A stretch of 47,396 nt of DNA from Gammaproteobacteria bacterium (lineage in GTDB: Bacteria > Pseudomonadota > Gammaproteobacteria > Steroidobacterales > Steroidobacteraceae): assembly GCA_030038875.1 (NCBI GenBank), contig JASHQW010000132.1, forward strand, positions 1 to 47,396. The letters run 5' to 3'. Of the stretch, positions 1 through 9,439 are shown in pieces; within the stretch, counting starts at the first letter, position 1; every line of letters starts with the position of its first letter. Made by a program: the position numbers and the translations under genes. The notes below the pieces were generated by a model, which had not been told where the DNA came from, did not search any database, and worked only from the letters and a program-made list of their open reading frames with translations.

Positions 1-306
1 CTGGTCGTGCGCGGCGAGATGGATCTCATCGTCTTCGACGACGCGCGCCGGGTCACGGCCCGCTACGCCTTCGGCGCGGGCGCGGGCAACCTCGCCTACG
101 AGAATGGCCCGGGAATCTGGCATACGGTGGTCGTCAAGGCCGACGCCACCGCGTTCCTCGAGGTCAAGCAGGGCCCTTACGATCCCAAAACCGCGTCCGA
201 GTTCGCCGCCTGGGCCCCGGCCGAGGGGGACCCGGGCGTCGCGCGCTTCCTCGAATGGGCACGGCACGCCGAGCCGGGAGAGACGGCGCCCGCGCGAGCA
301 TCGTGA
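1..306 (+). CDS. WbuC-family cupin-fold protein, C-terminal fragment (5' end lies outside the window)
   Basis: Frame 1 is open from nt 1 (LVVRGEMDLIVFDD...GIWHTVVV...LEVKQGPYDP), with stop TGA at 304-306. The pattern resembles WbuC-type cupins as I recall them. Confidence 0.6.
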   Translation: MVVRGEMDLIVFDDARRVTARYAFGAGAGNLAYENGPGIWHTVVVKADATAFLEVKQGPYDPKTASEFAAWAPAEGDPGVARFLEWARHAEPGETAPARAS

Positions 307-308
307 CA

Positions 309-369
309 GGGCGAGGCGCAAAGCGCCGAGCGGGCGCACAGGGGCGAGGCCCGAAGGGCCGAGCGGGCG
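309..369. repeat. Two tandem copies of a 28-bp hairpin-containing element in a convergent intergenic gap
   Basis: nt 309-336 GGGCGAGGCGCAAAGCGCCGAGCGGGCG and nt 342-369 GGGCGAGGCCCGAAGGGCCGAGCGGGCG are 25/28 identical. Each holds a 5-bp stem with a 3-nt loop (GGCGC-AAA-GCGCC versus GGCCC-GAA-GGGCC). A third hairpin, GGCGGCC-AGGAT-GGCCGCC, lies at 366-384. Confidence 0.6.
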
Positions 370-438
370 GCCAGGATGGCCGCCCAGGGCTTGCGCGCAG
401 CAGGACAGCGCAGCGCAATGTCCGATGCGAGCCTCAGA

Positions 439-1308
439 CTACCGTCCGAGAAAGCCCTCGAGATCCTTGCCGCTGATGATCGTCTCGAGGTAGCTGAAGG
501 TCCCGGAATCCTTCACTTCGCGGCCCGCGGCGTACAGCCCGGTGATCGCAGCGCGATAGAGCGAGGTCGACAGGCTGATGCGCCTCACCCCGGCGGCGGC
601 GAGCTCCGCCACGCTGAACGAGCGGCCGCGGATGCCAACCATGAAGTTGACCGGCTTCTTCACCGCGCTGCAAACCGTGCGCACCGCGGCGAGGTCCGGG
701 AGCCCCGGAGCGAACAGCACGTCCGCACCGGCGCGCTCGAAGGCCTGCAGCCGCCGCACCGTATCGTCGAGGTCGGGACGGCCGTGAAAATAGTTCTCGG
801 TACGCGCGGTGAGCGTGAACGGGAAAGGGAGCTTGCGGGCAGCTTCGACCGCAGCCGTGACGCGCTCGATCGCGAGCTCGAAGTCATAGATGGGTGCGCG
901 CGGATCGCCGCTCGCATCTTCGATCGACCCGCCCACGAGTCCCACCGCCGCCGCCTCGCGGATGGTCTCGGCCACCACCTCCGGCGCGTCGCCGAAACCC
1001 TGCTCGAGGTCGGCAGAGACCGGCAGGGCGCAGGCGCCGACGATGACCTGTGCGTGCGCCAGCGCCTCAGCGCGTGTGATCTGCCCGTCGACCCTGCCCA
1101 GCGTGTTCGCGCACGCCGAGCTCGAAGTGGCGAGCGCCTCGAACTCGAGTCCCGCCATGACGCACGCGGAGGCGCCGTCCCAGACGTTGGGAAGCACAAA
1201 GGCACCGGCGCGCTGGTGGAGCGCGCGGAAGCGCTGGGCCTTGTCCGACTGCGCGATGTTCACGGAATTTCCCCTCACGGCTACGATGGTCGCCCAATCC
1301 CGTGCCAT
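439..1308 (-). CDS. Isocitrate lyase/PEP mutase family protein (2-methylisocitrate lyase / oxaloacetate decarboxylase-like)
   Basis: ORF 439..1452. Start trimmed to the internal ATG (CAT at 1306-1308), giving MARDWATIV... Family-typical stretches: VLPNVWDGASA, SADLEQGFG, GGSIED, RTENYFHG. Confidence 0.85.
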   Translation of the reverse strand: MARDWATIVAVRGNSVNIAQSDKAQRFRALHQRAGAFVLPNVWDGASACVMAGLEFEALATSSSACANTLGRVDGQITRAEALAHAQVIVGACALPVSADLEQGFGDAPEVVAETIREAAAVGLVGGSIEDASGDPRAPIYDFELAIERVTAAVEAARKLPFPFTLTARTENYFHGRPDLDDTVRRLQAFERAGADVLFAPGLPDLAAVRTVCSAVKKPVNFMVGIRGRSFSVAELAAAGVRRISLSTSLYRAAITGLYAAGREVKDSGTFSYLETIISGKDLEGFLGR

Positions 1309-1321
1309 GTTAGGCGTGCCG

Positions 1322-2308
1322 ATGCGCAATAGGTACACCCCGATGCTTCGAGCCTTGCTGCTGGCGCTGCTCGCCCCGCTCGCCGTCGCGCAGCCCGTGT
1401 GCGAGCGCGGCGCGGCGGGTGAAGCGGCGCGGGCGCGCCTCGCGCGCGCCATGGCGCAGGGGCGCTTCGTCGCCTACGAGCCCACGTCGCTGCAGGTCGT
1501 GGACGGCCGCACGCACGACGCCGACCCGGAGAGCATCCGCGCCGATCTCGAGGCGCTGCGCCCACGCTTCGATGCGCTCGTCACCTACGATGCGATCCAC
1601 GGCGCGCAGGCGATCCCGACCATCGCCGCGGCCCTCAAGTTTCGGGCGCTGGTCGTCGGCGTGTGGGATCCGGCCGACCGCGCACAGCTCGACGCGGCGC
1701 TCGCCGCCGCGCGCGCCTTTCCACAGCTGATCGTCGGGCTGTCGCTCGGCAACGAGTCGATCTTCGCCCGGCGCACGACTGTCGCGCGCCTCGCCGCGGC
1801 GACGGCGGCGGCGCGCGCCCGCGCTCCCTCGCTCGCGCTCTCGACGACCGAGCCTTTCCACCTCTACGAAGATCCCGAGGCCGCGCCACTCCTCGGCGCC
1901 ATGGATTTTCTGCTCGTCAATGTGCACCCGATCTTTCAGCCGTGGTTCCGCGGCGCGACAGATGCCACCTCGGCGCAATTCGTGGTGAATGTGGTCGCCG
2001 ATCTCGCGCAACGCTTCTGTGGCCCGATCCTGGTGAAGGAAACGGGCGTCCCGACCGCTCCGGCGAGCGCCGGCTACACCCCCGAGCGGCAGGCCGCCTT
2101 CTACGCGGAGCTCCGCCAGCGCCTGCCCGCATCTTCCGCGCGTGCGTTCGCCTATTTCTCGGCCTTCGATGCGCCGTGGCGTGCGCACGATGCCGGGCCG
2201 GTGGCTGGCGCGTTGAGTGGACCCGAGGAAGCGTACTGGGGCCTGTACGACGAGGAGCGGCGGCCGAAGCCCGCGGCGCTCGCGCTGCCGCCGCTGCCGG
2301 GGCGCTGA
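1322..2308 (+). CDS. Secreted glycoside hydrolase family 17-like protein (beta-1,3-glucanase/transglycosylase type)
   Basis: Part of ORF 890..2308. Signal peptide MRNRYTPMLRALLLALLAPLAVAQP. GH17-like acid/base LGNES and nucleophile-region KETGVP. Start uncertain (ATGs at 1307, 1322 and 1343). Confidence 0.75.
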   Translation: MRNRYTPMLRALLLALLAPLAVAQPVCERGAAGEAARARLARAMAQGRFVAYEPTSLQVVDGRTHDADPESIRADLEALRPRFDALVTYDAIHGAQAIPTIAAALKFRALVVGVWDPADRAQLDAALAAARAFPQLIVGLSLGNESIFARRTTVARLAAATAAARARAPSLALSTTEPFHLYEDPEAAPLLGAMDFLLVNVHPIFQPWFRGATDATSAQFVVNVVADLAQRFCGPILVKETGVPTAPASAGYTPERQAAFYAELRQRLPASSARAFAYFSAFDAPWRAHDAGPVAGALSGPEEAYWGLYDEERRPKPAALALPPLPGR

Positions 2309-2321
2309 GGACGCTGCTGCC

Positions 2322-2708
2322 TCACGCCGGCTTGTGGCACACGGCCTCGATGTTGTTGCCGTCCGGATCGAGGACAAAGGCACCGTAGTAGCTTGCGTGA
2401 TAGTGAGGTCTGAGACCCGGGCCGCCGTTGTCCCTGCCTCCTGCCTTGAGTGCTACCCGGTGGAACGTGTCGACCTGCGCGCGGTTTTCTGCCGTGAATG
2501 CGATGTGCACGCCCGAGCTCGGCGGCCCATGATCGCCAATCCAGAAGAACGGCTTGCCTGCCGCGCCGAATCCGGCGTGCGCTCCTGCGCCCGTTTGTGC
2601 GGCCGTGACCTCCATGAGCAGCTCGATGCCGAGCGTCCGCAAGGCCGCCGCATAAAAGGCCTTGGATCTGGCCAGATCCGAGACTGCCAAACCGGTATGG
2701 TCGATCAT
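2322..2708 (-). CDS. VOC (glyoxalase/bleomycin-resistance/dioxygenase) family protein
   Basis: 128 aa: MIDHTGLAVSDLARSKAFY...HIAFTA...GAFVLDPDGNNIEA, a typical VOC fold signature. Confidence 0.85.
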   Translation of the reverse strand: MIDHTGLAVSDLARSKAFYAAALRTLGIELLMEVTAAQTGAGAHAGFGAAGKPFFWIGDHGPPSSGVHIAFTAENRAQVDTFHRVALKAGGRDNGGPGLRPHYHASYYGAFVLDPDGNNIEAVCHKPA

Positions 2709-2715
2709 CTGGTCC

Positions 2716-5700
2716 TCAGTGTACGGCGAGCTCCACCTTCACGGTGTCGCCGGTATCGGGCTTCGGCGCGGCGTTGACGATGAACACGCGCGCAGGATCG
2801 ACCTGACCGCCTGAGAGCAGCGCATTCTGGATGGCGCTGGCGCGTGCCCGCCCGAGCTGCTCGAGGTCGGAGTCGGGCACCTGGATGTGGGCGAGGAGCG
2901 CGGCCTCGAGATCGGCCATCGCTGCATCGTACGGCGCGGATTCGCCCTTCTTCGCCGCCTGTGCTGCCACCGCCGAGGGGGGCAGGGTCGCGTCCTTGCC
3001 GAGATCCGACCGCAACTGCTCGACGAGCAGCTGGAAGTGTGTCGCCGGATCCGCCAGCGCAAGCTCCGCGGCCTGTTCCGGATGCTTGCGCCCCTGACGG
3101 CTGGTCTCGGCCCGCACGGCGAGCTGCCGCGTGAGCTGCGCTCGCGCCATCTGTGGCCGATCGAGACCCGCGGAAGCGACGATCGGCACATCGAGCTTGA
3201 GCTGCGGACGCTCGGTGAGCGCCTTGGTGAGCCCCGCCAGCTGGCTCTGCATCGGCGGGGTGAGCTCGGCGCTGCCGGCGGCGAACTCGACGATGTTCGG
3301 GTGCTCGCCGCCGCCGAAGAGGTGCCCGAGGAGCGCGAACGGCGCGGTGGCGGCCTTTACGATGAGATTGACGAACATCTTCCAGATGATCGGCCCGATC
3401 CTGAAACTGGGATCATCGAGCGAGCCCGTCATGGGCAGCCCCAGGTCGATTACGCCGTTGCGGTCCTTGAGCAGTGCCACCGCGATCTTCAGCGGCAGAT
3501 GCATGGCTTCGGGGCTCTCGACCCGGTCCCCGAGCTCGAGCTGATCGACGACGAAGTGCTGGGAGGCGTTGAGCTGGCGCTGCTCGATCTTGTACGACAC
3601 ATCGACAGAGAGCTTGCCCTTGTCGATTTTGTAGCCGACGAAGTAGCCGGAGTACGGATTGACGATCGTCAGATCGAGATCCTTGAAGCTCAGGGTGACG
3701 TCGGTGTAGAGCGCCGCCGACAGGAGGTTCGCCTCGCCCGCAATGTGTAGCGGCGAGTAGCTCGCCAGCTTGCCGTCGAGCTGCACCCGGGCACGCGAGT
3801 TGGGATCCGAAGACAAGCCGGTGACCGCACCGTTGAGCGCCCGCATGCCGAGCGCAAAGCTCGGCTTGATCCACAGGTCGGTGTAATCCGCCGAGCCGTT
3901 GACCATGCGCACGGCGCCGATCGAGACCGGGAAGGGAGTCAGCGGGGCTGCGGCAACCGCAGCGGCAGGCGCCGCTGCATGCTTGCCCCTGCGGGCTCTC
4001 GCCTTGGGAGCGGCCGCTGCATCCGGCGCAGGCGCTGCAACGTCCGCGGTGCTCGCGGCGTTTGCCACGGCAGGAGCAGGTTCGGCAGCGGGCGCGGCGC
4101 CCGCGTTGGGCGCGGCCGGCGCAGGCTTCGCCCCTGGGGGTGTCAGCACCTGCTTGATGTTCACGCTGCGGTCGGGCGCAATGATCATGCGCACGTAGGG
4201 CTCGAGCGCCGTCACGCTCCCGATGCGCAGGCTCGCCGGCTGCGAGCGGTAGCTGACATCCGCGATACGCAGGTCCCTCCAGCGGATGAAGTCCTTGCGC
4301 AGCGCGTTGTCGACGGTACTCAGGTCGGAGACGCGCGTGTCGCCCTTCACGCCGAGGAACCCGTCGGCGTGCCGCTCGAAGTCGACGCGCGCGCCGAGCT
4401 CGCCCTTGAGCAGCGTCATCGAGGTGTACTTCGCCAGCAGCGGCTGCAGCGCCGGGAGCCCGAGGTGCTCGGCCTCGACGTGCGCCGTGACGGCCCCGGA
4501 GCGCGGCGCCACCTTCGACTGGGCGGTGAGCTTGCCGGAGGTGTTGACGGCCGTATCGAGCTGGATGTCGAGCGTGTCGTCAGGCGCCAGATTGAATCCC
4601 CCGACATGCACGTTGAGAGGCTCCAGCACCACGACCGCTGCCGGCTTTACCTGCCGATCCTCGGCCGACACCTTGAAGCCGGTCACCGATAGATCGGGCA
4701 CCGAAACTGTCCAGGCGGACGCCGCCGAAGCCGGCGCCGGCGCCGCCGCGGCGGGAGGCGCTCCGCCTGCAACCGCCGCACCGGCAGGAGCCGCGGCTCC
4801 CGCGGCCGGAGCCGCGCCGATCAGATCGAGCAGATTGAGGCGTCCCTGCTCGTCGAGCCAGGCCCGGATATCACCGCCTGAGAGCTGCACCTTGGCGACC
4901 TCGACGGCGCGGCGGCCGAGATCGAGCCGCGTCTCATCGACCTCGATGCGCGCGAGGGAGACGTAGTCGGCATCTGCGCCGTGCGGCTTCACTCCGAGGC
5001 TGGTCACGGTCGCGCTGTGCACGTTGACCCTGACCTCGATCGGACCGGCGGCGGCCGCGCCCACTTCGTAGTCGCCGTTCAGAGCGATGACCCCCGAATC
5101 GATCTCGAACGGCAGGCTCGCCGACAGGTAGCTCCACAGGGTGCGCGCCTTGAGATCCGTGATCGCGAATCTGCCCCGGGAGGAAAGCGGCGCCAGGCGC
5201 ACCGTGCCGCTCCAGTCGAGCCGCTCGCCCTGCGGGGAGGCGGCCGCCAGCGTGTAGGCATCGCCGGTCGCCGCCGTCGTGCTGAAGTCGCGCAGCTCGA
5301 AGGCAATCGGCTTGAAGTCGGCGCGGAACGGCGTCGCGCGCGTGCGGTCCTCGAACGTCGTACCGCCATCGATCACGGCCAGGCGGCCGATGTAGAGCCG
5401 CACCGGCCCCGTTTTCTTCTGCTGCTGCCCGGGCGGCGGCGGGGGAAAGCCCTGACCGAGGTCAGCCAGGTTGAGCGCGCCGCCGGGGCGCATCACTGCC
5501 CGCACATACGGGCGCTCGAGCAGGATCTCGCTGAAGCTCGGTCCGAGACGCCACAGGCTCGCCAGCTGCAACCCGACGTGCAAGCGGTCGAACGAGATCA
5601 TCGTCTGCCCGTCGGCGTCCGGCAGCGCGACCCCGGTGACGTCGAGGTTCAGCGTGAAGGGGTTGAAGCGGAGGTCCCCGATCGTCAACGCGCGGCCATA

Positions 5701-5868
5701 GTGGGTGCGCACGAAATCGCTCACTCCCCGGCGCGCGAAGTGCGGCACGGCGAGAAAGCCTGCGGCCGCGTACGCGCCGAGCAGCAGCGCGACCACGGCG
5801 AGCACGATGACCTGACGCCGAGAGAGGGCCACGGGCCATCCTAAAGGATCGAATCCCCGAGGCACCAT
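2716..5868 (-). CDS. DUF748 domain-containing large membrane-anchored protein (AsmA-like superfamily)
   Basis: 1050 aa with an N-terminal TM anchor (VIVLAVVALLLGAYAAAGFLAV). Repeated beta-rich segments are separated by Ala/Pro-rich spacers. The N-terminal region resembles DUF748 proteins. Confidence 0.8.
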   Translation of the reverse strand: MVPRGFDPLGWPVALSRRQVIVLAVVALLLGAYAAAGFLAVPHFARRGVSDFVRTHYGRALTIGDLRFNPFTLNLDVTGVALPDADGQTMISFDRLHVGLQLASLWRLGPSFSEILLERPYVRAVMRPGGALNLADLGQGFPPPPPGQQQKKTGPVRLYIGRLAVIDGGTTFEDRTRATPFRADFKPIAFELRDFSTTAATGDAYTLAAASPQGERLDWSGTVRLAPLSSRGRFAITDLKARTLWSYLSASLPFEIDSGVIALNGDYEVGAAAAGPIEVRVNVHSATVTSLGVKPHGADADYVSLARIEVDETRLDLGRRAVEVAKVQLSGGDIRAWLDEQGRLNLLDLIGAAPAAGAAAPAGAAVAGGAPPAAAAPAPASAASAWTVSVPDLSVTGFKVSAEDRQVKPAAVVVLEPLNVHVGGFNLAPDDTLDIQLDTAVNTSGKLTAQSKVAPRSGAVTAHVEAEHLGLPALQPLLAKYTSMTLLKGELGARVDFERHADGFLGVKGDTRVSDLSTVDNALRKDFIRWRDLRIADVSYRSQPASLRIGSVTALEPYVRMIIAPDRSVNIKQVLTPPGAKPAPAAPNAGAAPAAEPAPAVANAASTADVAAPAPDAAAAPKARARRGKHAAAPAAAVAAAPLTPFPVSIGAVRMVNGSADYTDLWIKPSFALGMRALNGAVTGLSSDPNSRARVQLDGKLASYSPLHIAGEANLLSAALYTDVTLSFKDLDLTIVNPYSGYFVGYKIDKGKLSVDVSYKIEQRQLNASQHFVVDQLELGDRVESPEAMHLPLKIAVALLKDRNGVIDLGLPMTGSLDDPSFRIGPIIWKMFVNLIVKAATAPFALLGHLFGGGEHPNIVEFAAGSAELTPPMQSQLAGLTKALTERPQLKLDVPIVASAGLDRPQMARAQLTRQLAVRAETSRQGRKHPEQAAELALADPATHFQLLVEQLRSDLGKDATLPPSAVAAQAAKKGESAPYDAAMADLEAALLAHIQVPDSDLEQLGRARASAIQNALLSGGQVDPARVFIVNAAPKPDTGDTVKVELAVH

Positions 5869-5987
5869 CAGCGTGAATACATAGGCTCGCGCGGCCTCAT
5901 TTCAAAATCGCCGTGCTTCGCGTACGCTTGCAAGGGTCCGGGGACGATGCGCAGTTACCACAATCATTAACTCGAAGAGGGGCGGCG

Positions 5988-8585
5988 ATGACCCGTAGTC
6001 GGCGTAGAAAAATGGCCCGTGATCAGGCACTCGAACAGCGAAGCGCCACGCGTGTGCGTATACCTGTTGCATCCGCGCTACTCGCGGCGGTGCCCGCGGC
6101 ATACGCCCAAAATGCCCCACCCGCGCAGCCGACCGCCGAAGCGGCGGGCGGCCTGCAGGAGATCGTCGTCACCGCAGAGAAGCGCGTCGAGAACCTGCAG
6201 AACGTTCCGATCAGCGTGACGGTGTTCGATTCCACCAAGCTCGATCAGCTGGGCATCGTCAACCTCGATGACTACGTGAAGTACACGCCCAGCATCTCCT
6301 ACGTGCGGGGTCAGGGCGAAGGCAGCAACGGCGAGCCGGGCGATTCGCACATCTACATCCGCGGCGTGGTGAGCGGCGGCGACGGCAACCACTCCGGCTC
6401 GCAGCCGAGCGTCGGCGTATACCTCGACGAGCAGCCGGTTACCACCATCGACGGCACTCCGGACGTCCACATCTACGACGTGCAGCGCATCGAGGTGCTG
6501 GAGGGACCACAGGGCACGCTCTTCGGCGCGAGCTCCGAGTCGGGCACGGTGCGCATCATCACCAACAAGCCGGACCCGAGCCACTTCTCCGCCGGCTACG
6601 ACGTGCAGGGCAACCAGGTGACCGACGGCGGCCCCGGCTGGGAGGCCGAGGGCTTCGTCAACATCCCGCTCGGCTCCAACGCAGCGGTGCGCCTGGTCGG
6701 CTGGGACGAGCACGACGCCGGCTACATCAGCAACGTGGCCGGCAGCAACCCGAGTGCCTGCATCGAGAATGGCGTGCGCACCTTTCCGACCTGGGCCGGC
6801 CAGGTACCCTCGCCCACCTCCTGCCCGACGGTGGCGCCGATCGGCGCAGGCTCGATCAGCAACGCGAGCTCGGTGGCGGCCAACTACAACACGGTGGACA
6901 TCCGCGGCGGCCGCGCTGCGCTCAAGATCGACCTCGGCGACAACTGGACGGTGACGCCGGCCGTGATGGCGCAGAACACGCAGACCGAGGGCTTCTTCGC
7001 CTACGACCCCGGGGTGGGCGACCTGGAGGTCGTGCACTTCGGACCCGAGGACAGCAGCGACTCCTGGTACCAGGCCGCGCTCACCGTCGAGGGCAAGGTC
7101 AGCAACTTCGACATCGTCTACGCGGGCGGCTACTTCAAGCGCGAAACCGCCTCGATCGGCGAGTACAGCGACTACTCTGTGTTCTACGACCGCGTCTACG
7201 GATCGGGCGCCCACTGGGTTGGCAACAGCGGCAACCCGATCATGCCGCAGGAGTTCGTCGACGGCGGCGGGTACTTCGAAAAGTGGAGTCACGAGCTGCG
7301 CGTCAGCACGCCGGAGAATGAGCCGCTGCAGGCGACCGTGGGTCTGTTCATCGAGCGGCAGCTGCACAACATCTGGCAGCTGTACACCATGCCCGGCTAC
7401 GGCTACAGCAACGTCGGCATCGGCAATCCCAATGGCTTCGCCACCGCGCTGTCGATCCCGAACTTCCCGGACGCGATCTGGCTGACCGACGAGCAGCGCG
7501 TCGACCGCGACCAGGCGGCCTTCGCCCAGGTGGTGTGGAACATCACATCGCAGTGGGCCCTCACCGGCGGACTGCGCTACTACAAGTACGACAACTCGCT
7601 TTCAGGCTTCTTCGGCTACTCGGCCAACTACGACGCGGTCCTCGGGACGAACACCGGTATGCTGCAGTGCTTCGCGCCCGCGATCCCGGCCGGCATCCCG
7701 GGCGCACCCTGCCAGAACCTCAACCAGGAGGTGAGCAACACGGGCACCGTGCCGCGGGTCAACCTGACCTACAAGCCCTCAGCCGACGCGATGCTGTATG
7801 CCACCTACTCCAAGGGCTACCGGCCTGGCGGCGTGAACCGCGTCATTGGTGCGCAACCCTACGCGGCTGACTACCTCACCAACTACGAGATCGGCTGGAA
7901 GACCCAGTGGCTGGATCACCGCGTGCGGTGGAACGGCGCGCTCTTCTGGGAAGACTGGAAGAACTTCCAGTTCTCGTTCCTGGTACCGCCGAGCATCACG
8001 GCGATCGCCAACGGCGGCAACGCCCGCATCAAGGGCCTCGAGAACGAGCTCGACTTCGTTCCAACCGACCACCTGTTCTTCAGCACCAATCTCACCCTGC
8101 TCGATCCAGTACTGACGCAGAATTACTGCGGCGTATCCGGCGTCACCAGCTGCGCCGGCCAGGTGACGGCGACCTCGCCGTTCCTGCCGGGCGGGGAGTG
8201 GATCGGGCCGCTCGCGCCCGCGGGAACCAACCTCCCCGTGGTGCCGAAGTTCAAAGCCAACATCGTTGCGCGCTATACCTGGGGCGCGGTCAACAACATG
8301 GCACCGTACGCCCAGGCGGACTACGTCTACCAGACGCAGACCGCACCGCAGCTGCAGGCCGACATCGATGAGATCCTCGGCATGATGCCGGCTTACGGGA
8401 TCCTCGATTTGTCGGTCGGCGCCAACGTCAACAACTTCAACGTCGAGATGTACTGCGCCAACGCGGGGGACAAGCGCGCGCAGCTGTCGCGTTTTGCCAA
8501 TACCAACCCGCTCGCCGACAACCAGGTGTACATCCTGCCGGCGACGCCGCGGACCATCGGCATCAAGTTCTCGCAGCGCTTCTGA
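5988..8585 (+). CDS. TonB-dependent receptor
   Basis: ATG at 5988 after GAAGAGGGG. Signal peptide ends AYAQ. Plug motifs: LQEIVVTAEKR and IEVLEGPQGTLFG. C-terminal beta-barrel ends ...IGIKFSQRF (terminal Phe). Confidence 0.9.
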   Translation: MTRSRRRKMARDQALEQRSATRVRIPVASALLAAVPAAYAQNAPPAQPTAEAAGGLQEIVVTAEKRVENLQNVPISVTVFDSTKLDQLGIVNLDDYVKYTPSISYVRGQGEGSNGEPGDSHIYIRGVVSGGDGNHSGSQPSVGVYLDEQPVTTIDGTPDVHIYDVQRIEVLEGPQGTLFGASSESGTVRIITNKPDPSHFSAGYDVQGNQVTDGGPGWEAEGFVNIPLGSNAAVRLVGWDEHDAGYISNVAGSNPSACIENGVRTFPTWAGQVPSPTSCPTVAPIGAGSISNASSVAANYNTVDIRGGRAALKIDLGDNWTVTPAVMAQNTQTEGFFAYDPGVGDLEVVHFGPEDSSDSWYQAALTVEGKVSNFDIVYAGGYFKRETASIGEYSDYSVFYDRVYGSGAHWVGNSGNPIMPQEFVDGGGYFEKWSHELRVSTPENEPLQATVGLFIERQLHNIWQLYTMPGYGYSNVGIGNPNGFATALSIPNFPDAIWLTDEQRVDRDQAAFAQVVWNITSQWALTGGLRYYKYDNSLSGFFGYSANYDAVLGTNTGMLQCFAPAIPAGIPGAPCQNLNQEVSNTGTVPRVNLTYKPSADAMLYATYSKGYRPGGVNRVIGAQPYAADYLTNYEIGWKTQWLDHRVRWNGALFWEDWKNFQFSFLVPPSITAIANGGNARIKGLENELDFVPTDHLFFSTNLTLLDPVLTQNYCGVSGVTSCAGQVTATSPFLPGGEWIGPLAPAGTNLPVVPKFKANIVARYTWGAVNNMAPYAQADYVYQTQTAPQLQADIDEILGMMPAYGILDLSVGANVNNFNVEMYCANAGDKRAQLSRFANTNPLADNQVYILPATPRTIGIKFSQRF

Positions 8586-8609
8586 GCACGCTGCGGTATT
8601 GACTCGCTA

Positions 8610-8637
8610 CCGGCTCGCCTCTCACGGGGCGAGCCGG
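8610..8637 (+). terminator. GC-rich hairpin after the TonB-dependent receptor gene, possibly bidirectional
   Basis: CCGGCTCGCC-TCTCACGG-GGCGAGCCGG (10-bp perfect stem) lies 25 nt after the stop and is followed by TGTGTGG. It sits between convergent genes. There is no clean U-tract. Confidence 0.5.
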
Positions 8638-8670
8638 TGTGTGGCCTCTGCCCTCCTCCGGGCAGTGCCG

Positions 8671-9348
8671 TCAACCAGCGACCGGCTCGATCAGGCTCGC
8701 ATCGTTCGGCAAGCGCGGATTGTTGACACGGCGGCTGACCTTCCAGCCGACCATGAGCTCGTCCGCATAGGGCTTGAGCGCCGCCCGCGCCTCGAGCTTG
8801 CCGCCGGCGAGCCAGGTGTCGTGATCCGCCTCGGCGAGAATCGCCGGCATGCGCTGCTTCTCGTTGTGGATCTCGGCGAGCAGACGGTTGGCGGGCACGG
8901 TTATGAGCACGCACGAATGTATCCAGGTCCCGTCGCCGCGCCGCGAGCGGTCCCAGAGCCCGGCGACGCCGAATACCTCGCGGTCGGCGAGCTGCAGAAA
9001 AAACTGGTCGCGCGAGCCGTCCTCGTTGACGTGCGGCTCATAGAAGCCGCCCATAACGAAGATGCACCGCTGGTCGCGCTGCCAGGCATCGCGGTAGCTC
9101 GGTGCCGACTCCATGCGCTCCACCGTGGCGTTGATGGTGGAGGCCTTGAGCGGCACGCCGCGAGCCCAGAAGGGAATGAGTCCCCAGCGCATCGTCGTCG
9201 CGGTGTGCTCGCCGTGATGCCACACCGCGACCGGCACCGGCTCGGTGGGCAGCACGCGGTAGCTGAGCGGATATTCCCAGCGCCCGCGGCGGATACCGAG
9301 GGCGCGCTCGGCCTTCGCCGCCTGGGCCAGGATGTACTTACCGCACAT
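8671..9348 (-). CDS. SOS response-associated peptidase (SRAP/YedK family, abasic-site DNA-protein crosslink protein)
   Basis: 225 aa starting MCGKY (catalytic Cys2). Family motifs: RWGLIPFWA and RMPAIL. Confidence 0.9.
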   Translation of the reverse strand: MCGKYILAQAAKAERALGIRRGRWEYPLSYRVLPTEPVPVAVWHHGEHTATTMRWGLIPFWARGVPLKASTINATVERMESAPSYRDAWQRDQRCIFVMGGFYEPHVNEDGSRDQFFLQLADREVFGVAGLWDRSRRGDGTWIHSCVLITVPANRLLAEIHNEKQRMPAILAEADHDTWLAGGKLEARAALKPYADELMVGWKVSRRVNNPRLPNDASLIEPVAG

Positions 9349-9439
9349 GAGCTTGCGCGCGCCGGAGTTGATTCGGACAGTATGGCATGCACTCTAGCAC
9401 TGGTTGGACGCGCGCCGCGCCGCGTGCTCACACTGCGCC

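Noticed and set aside
1306-1309. Apparent overlap of divergent start codons: CAT at 1306-1308 for the PEP-mutase gene and ATG at 1307-1309 for GH17.
   Set aside because: GH17 more probably starts at 1322 or 1343, which gives a normal signal peptide. Overlapping divergent starts would leave no promoter space.
5953-5971. Fur-box-like AATCATTA core (…CCACAATCATTAAC…) upstream of the TonB-dependent receptor gene.
   Set aside because: Only about 12/19 positions match the GATAATGATAATCATTATC consensus. One half is good and the other is essentially random.
9383-9399. TGGCATGCACTCTAGCA, a sigma-54-like motif upstream of the small Cys-rich gene.
   Set aside because: The spacing is GG-N11-GC (off by one) and the -12 region is poor.
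9349-9439. Search for a LexA/SOS box in the SRAP promoter region.
   Set aside because: No CTGT-N8-ACAG or other convincing palindrome is present. ACAGTATGGCATGCACT is not symmetric.
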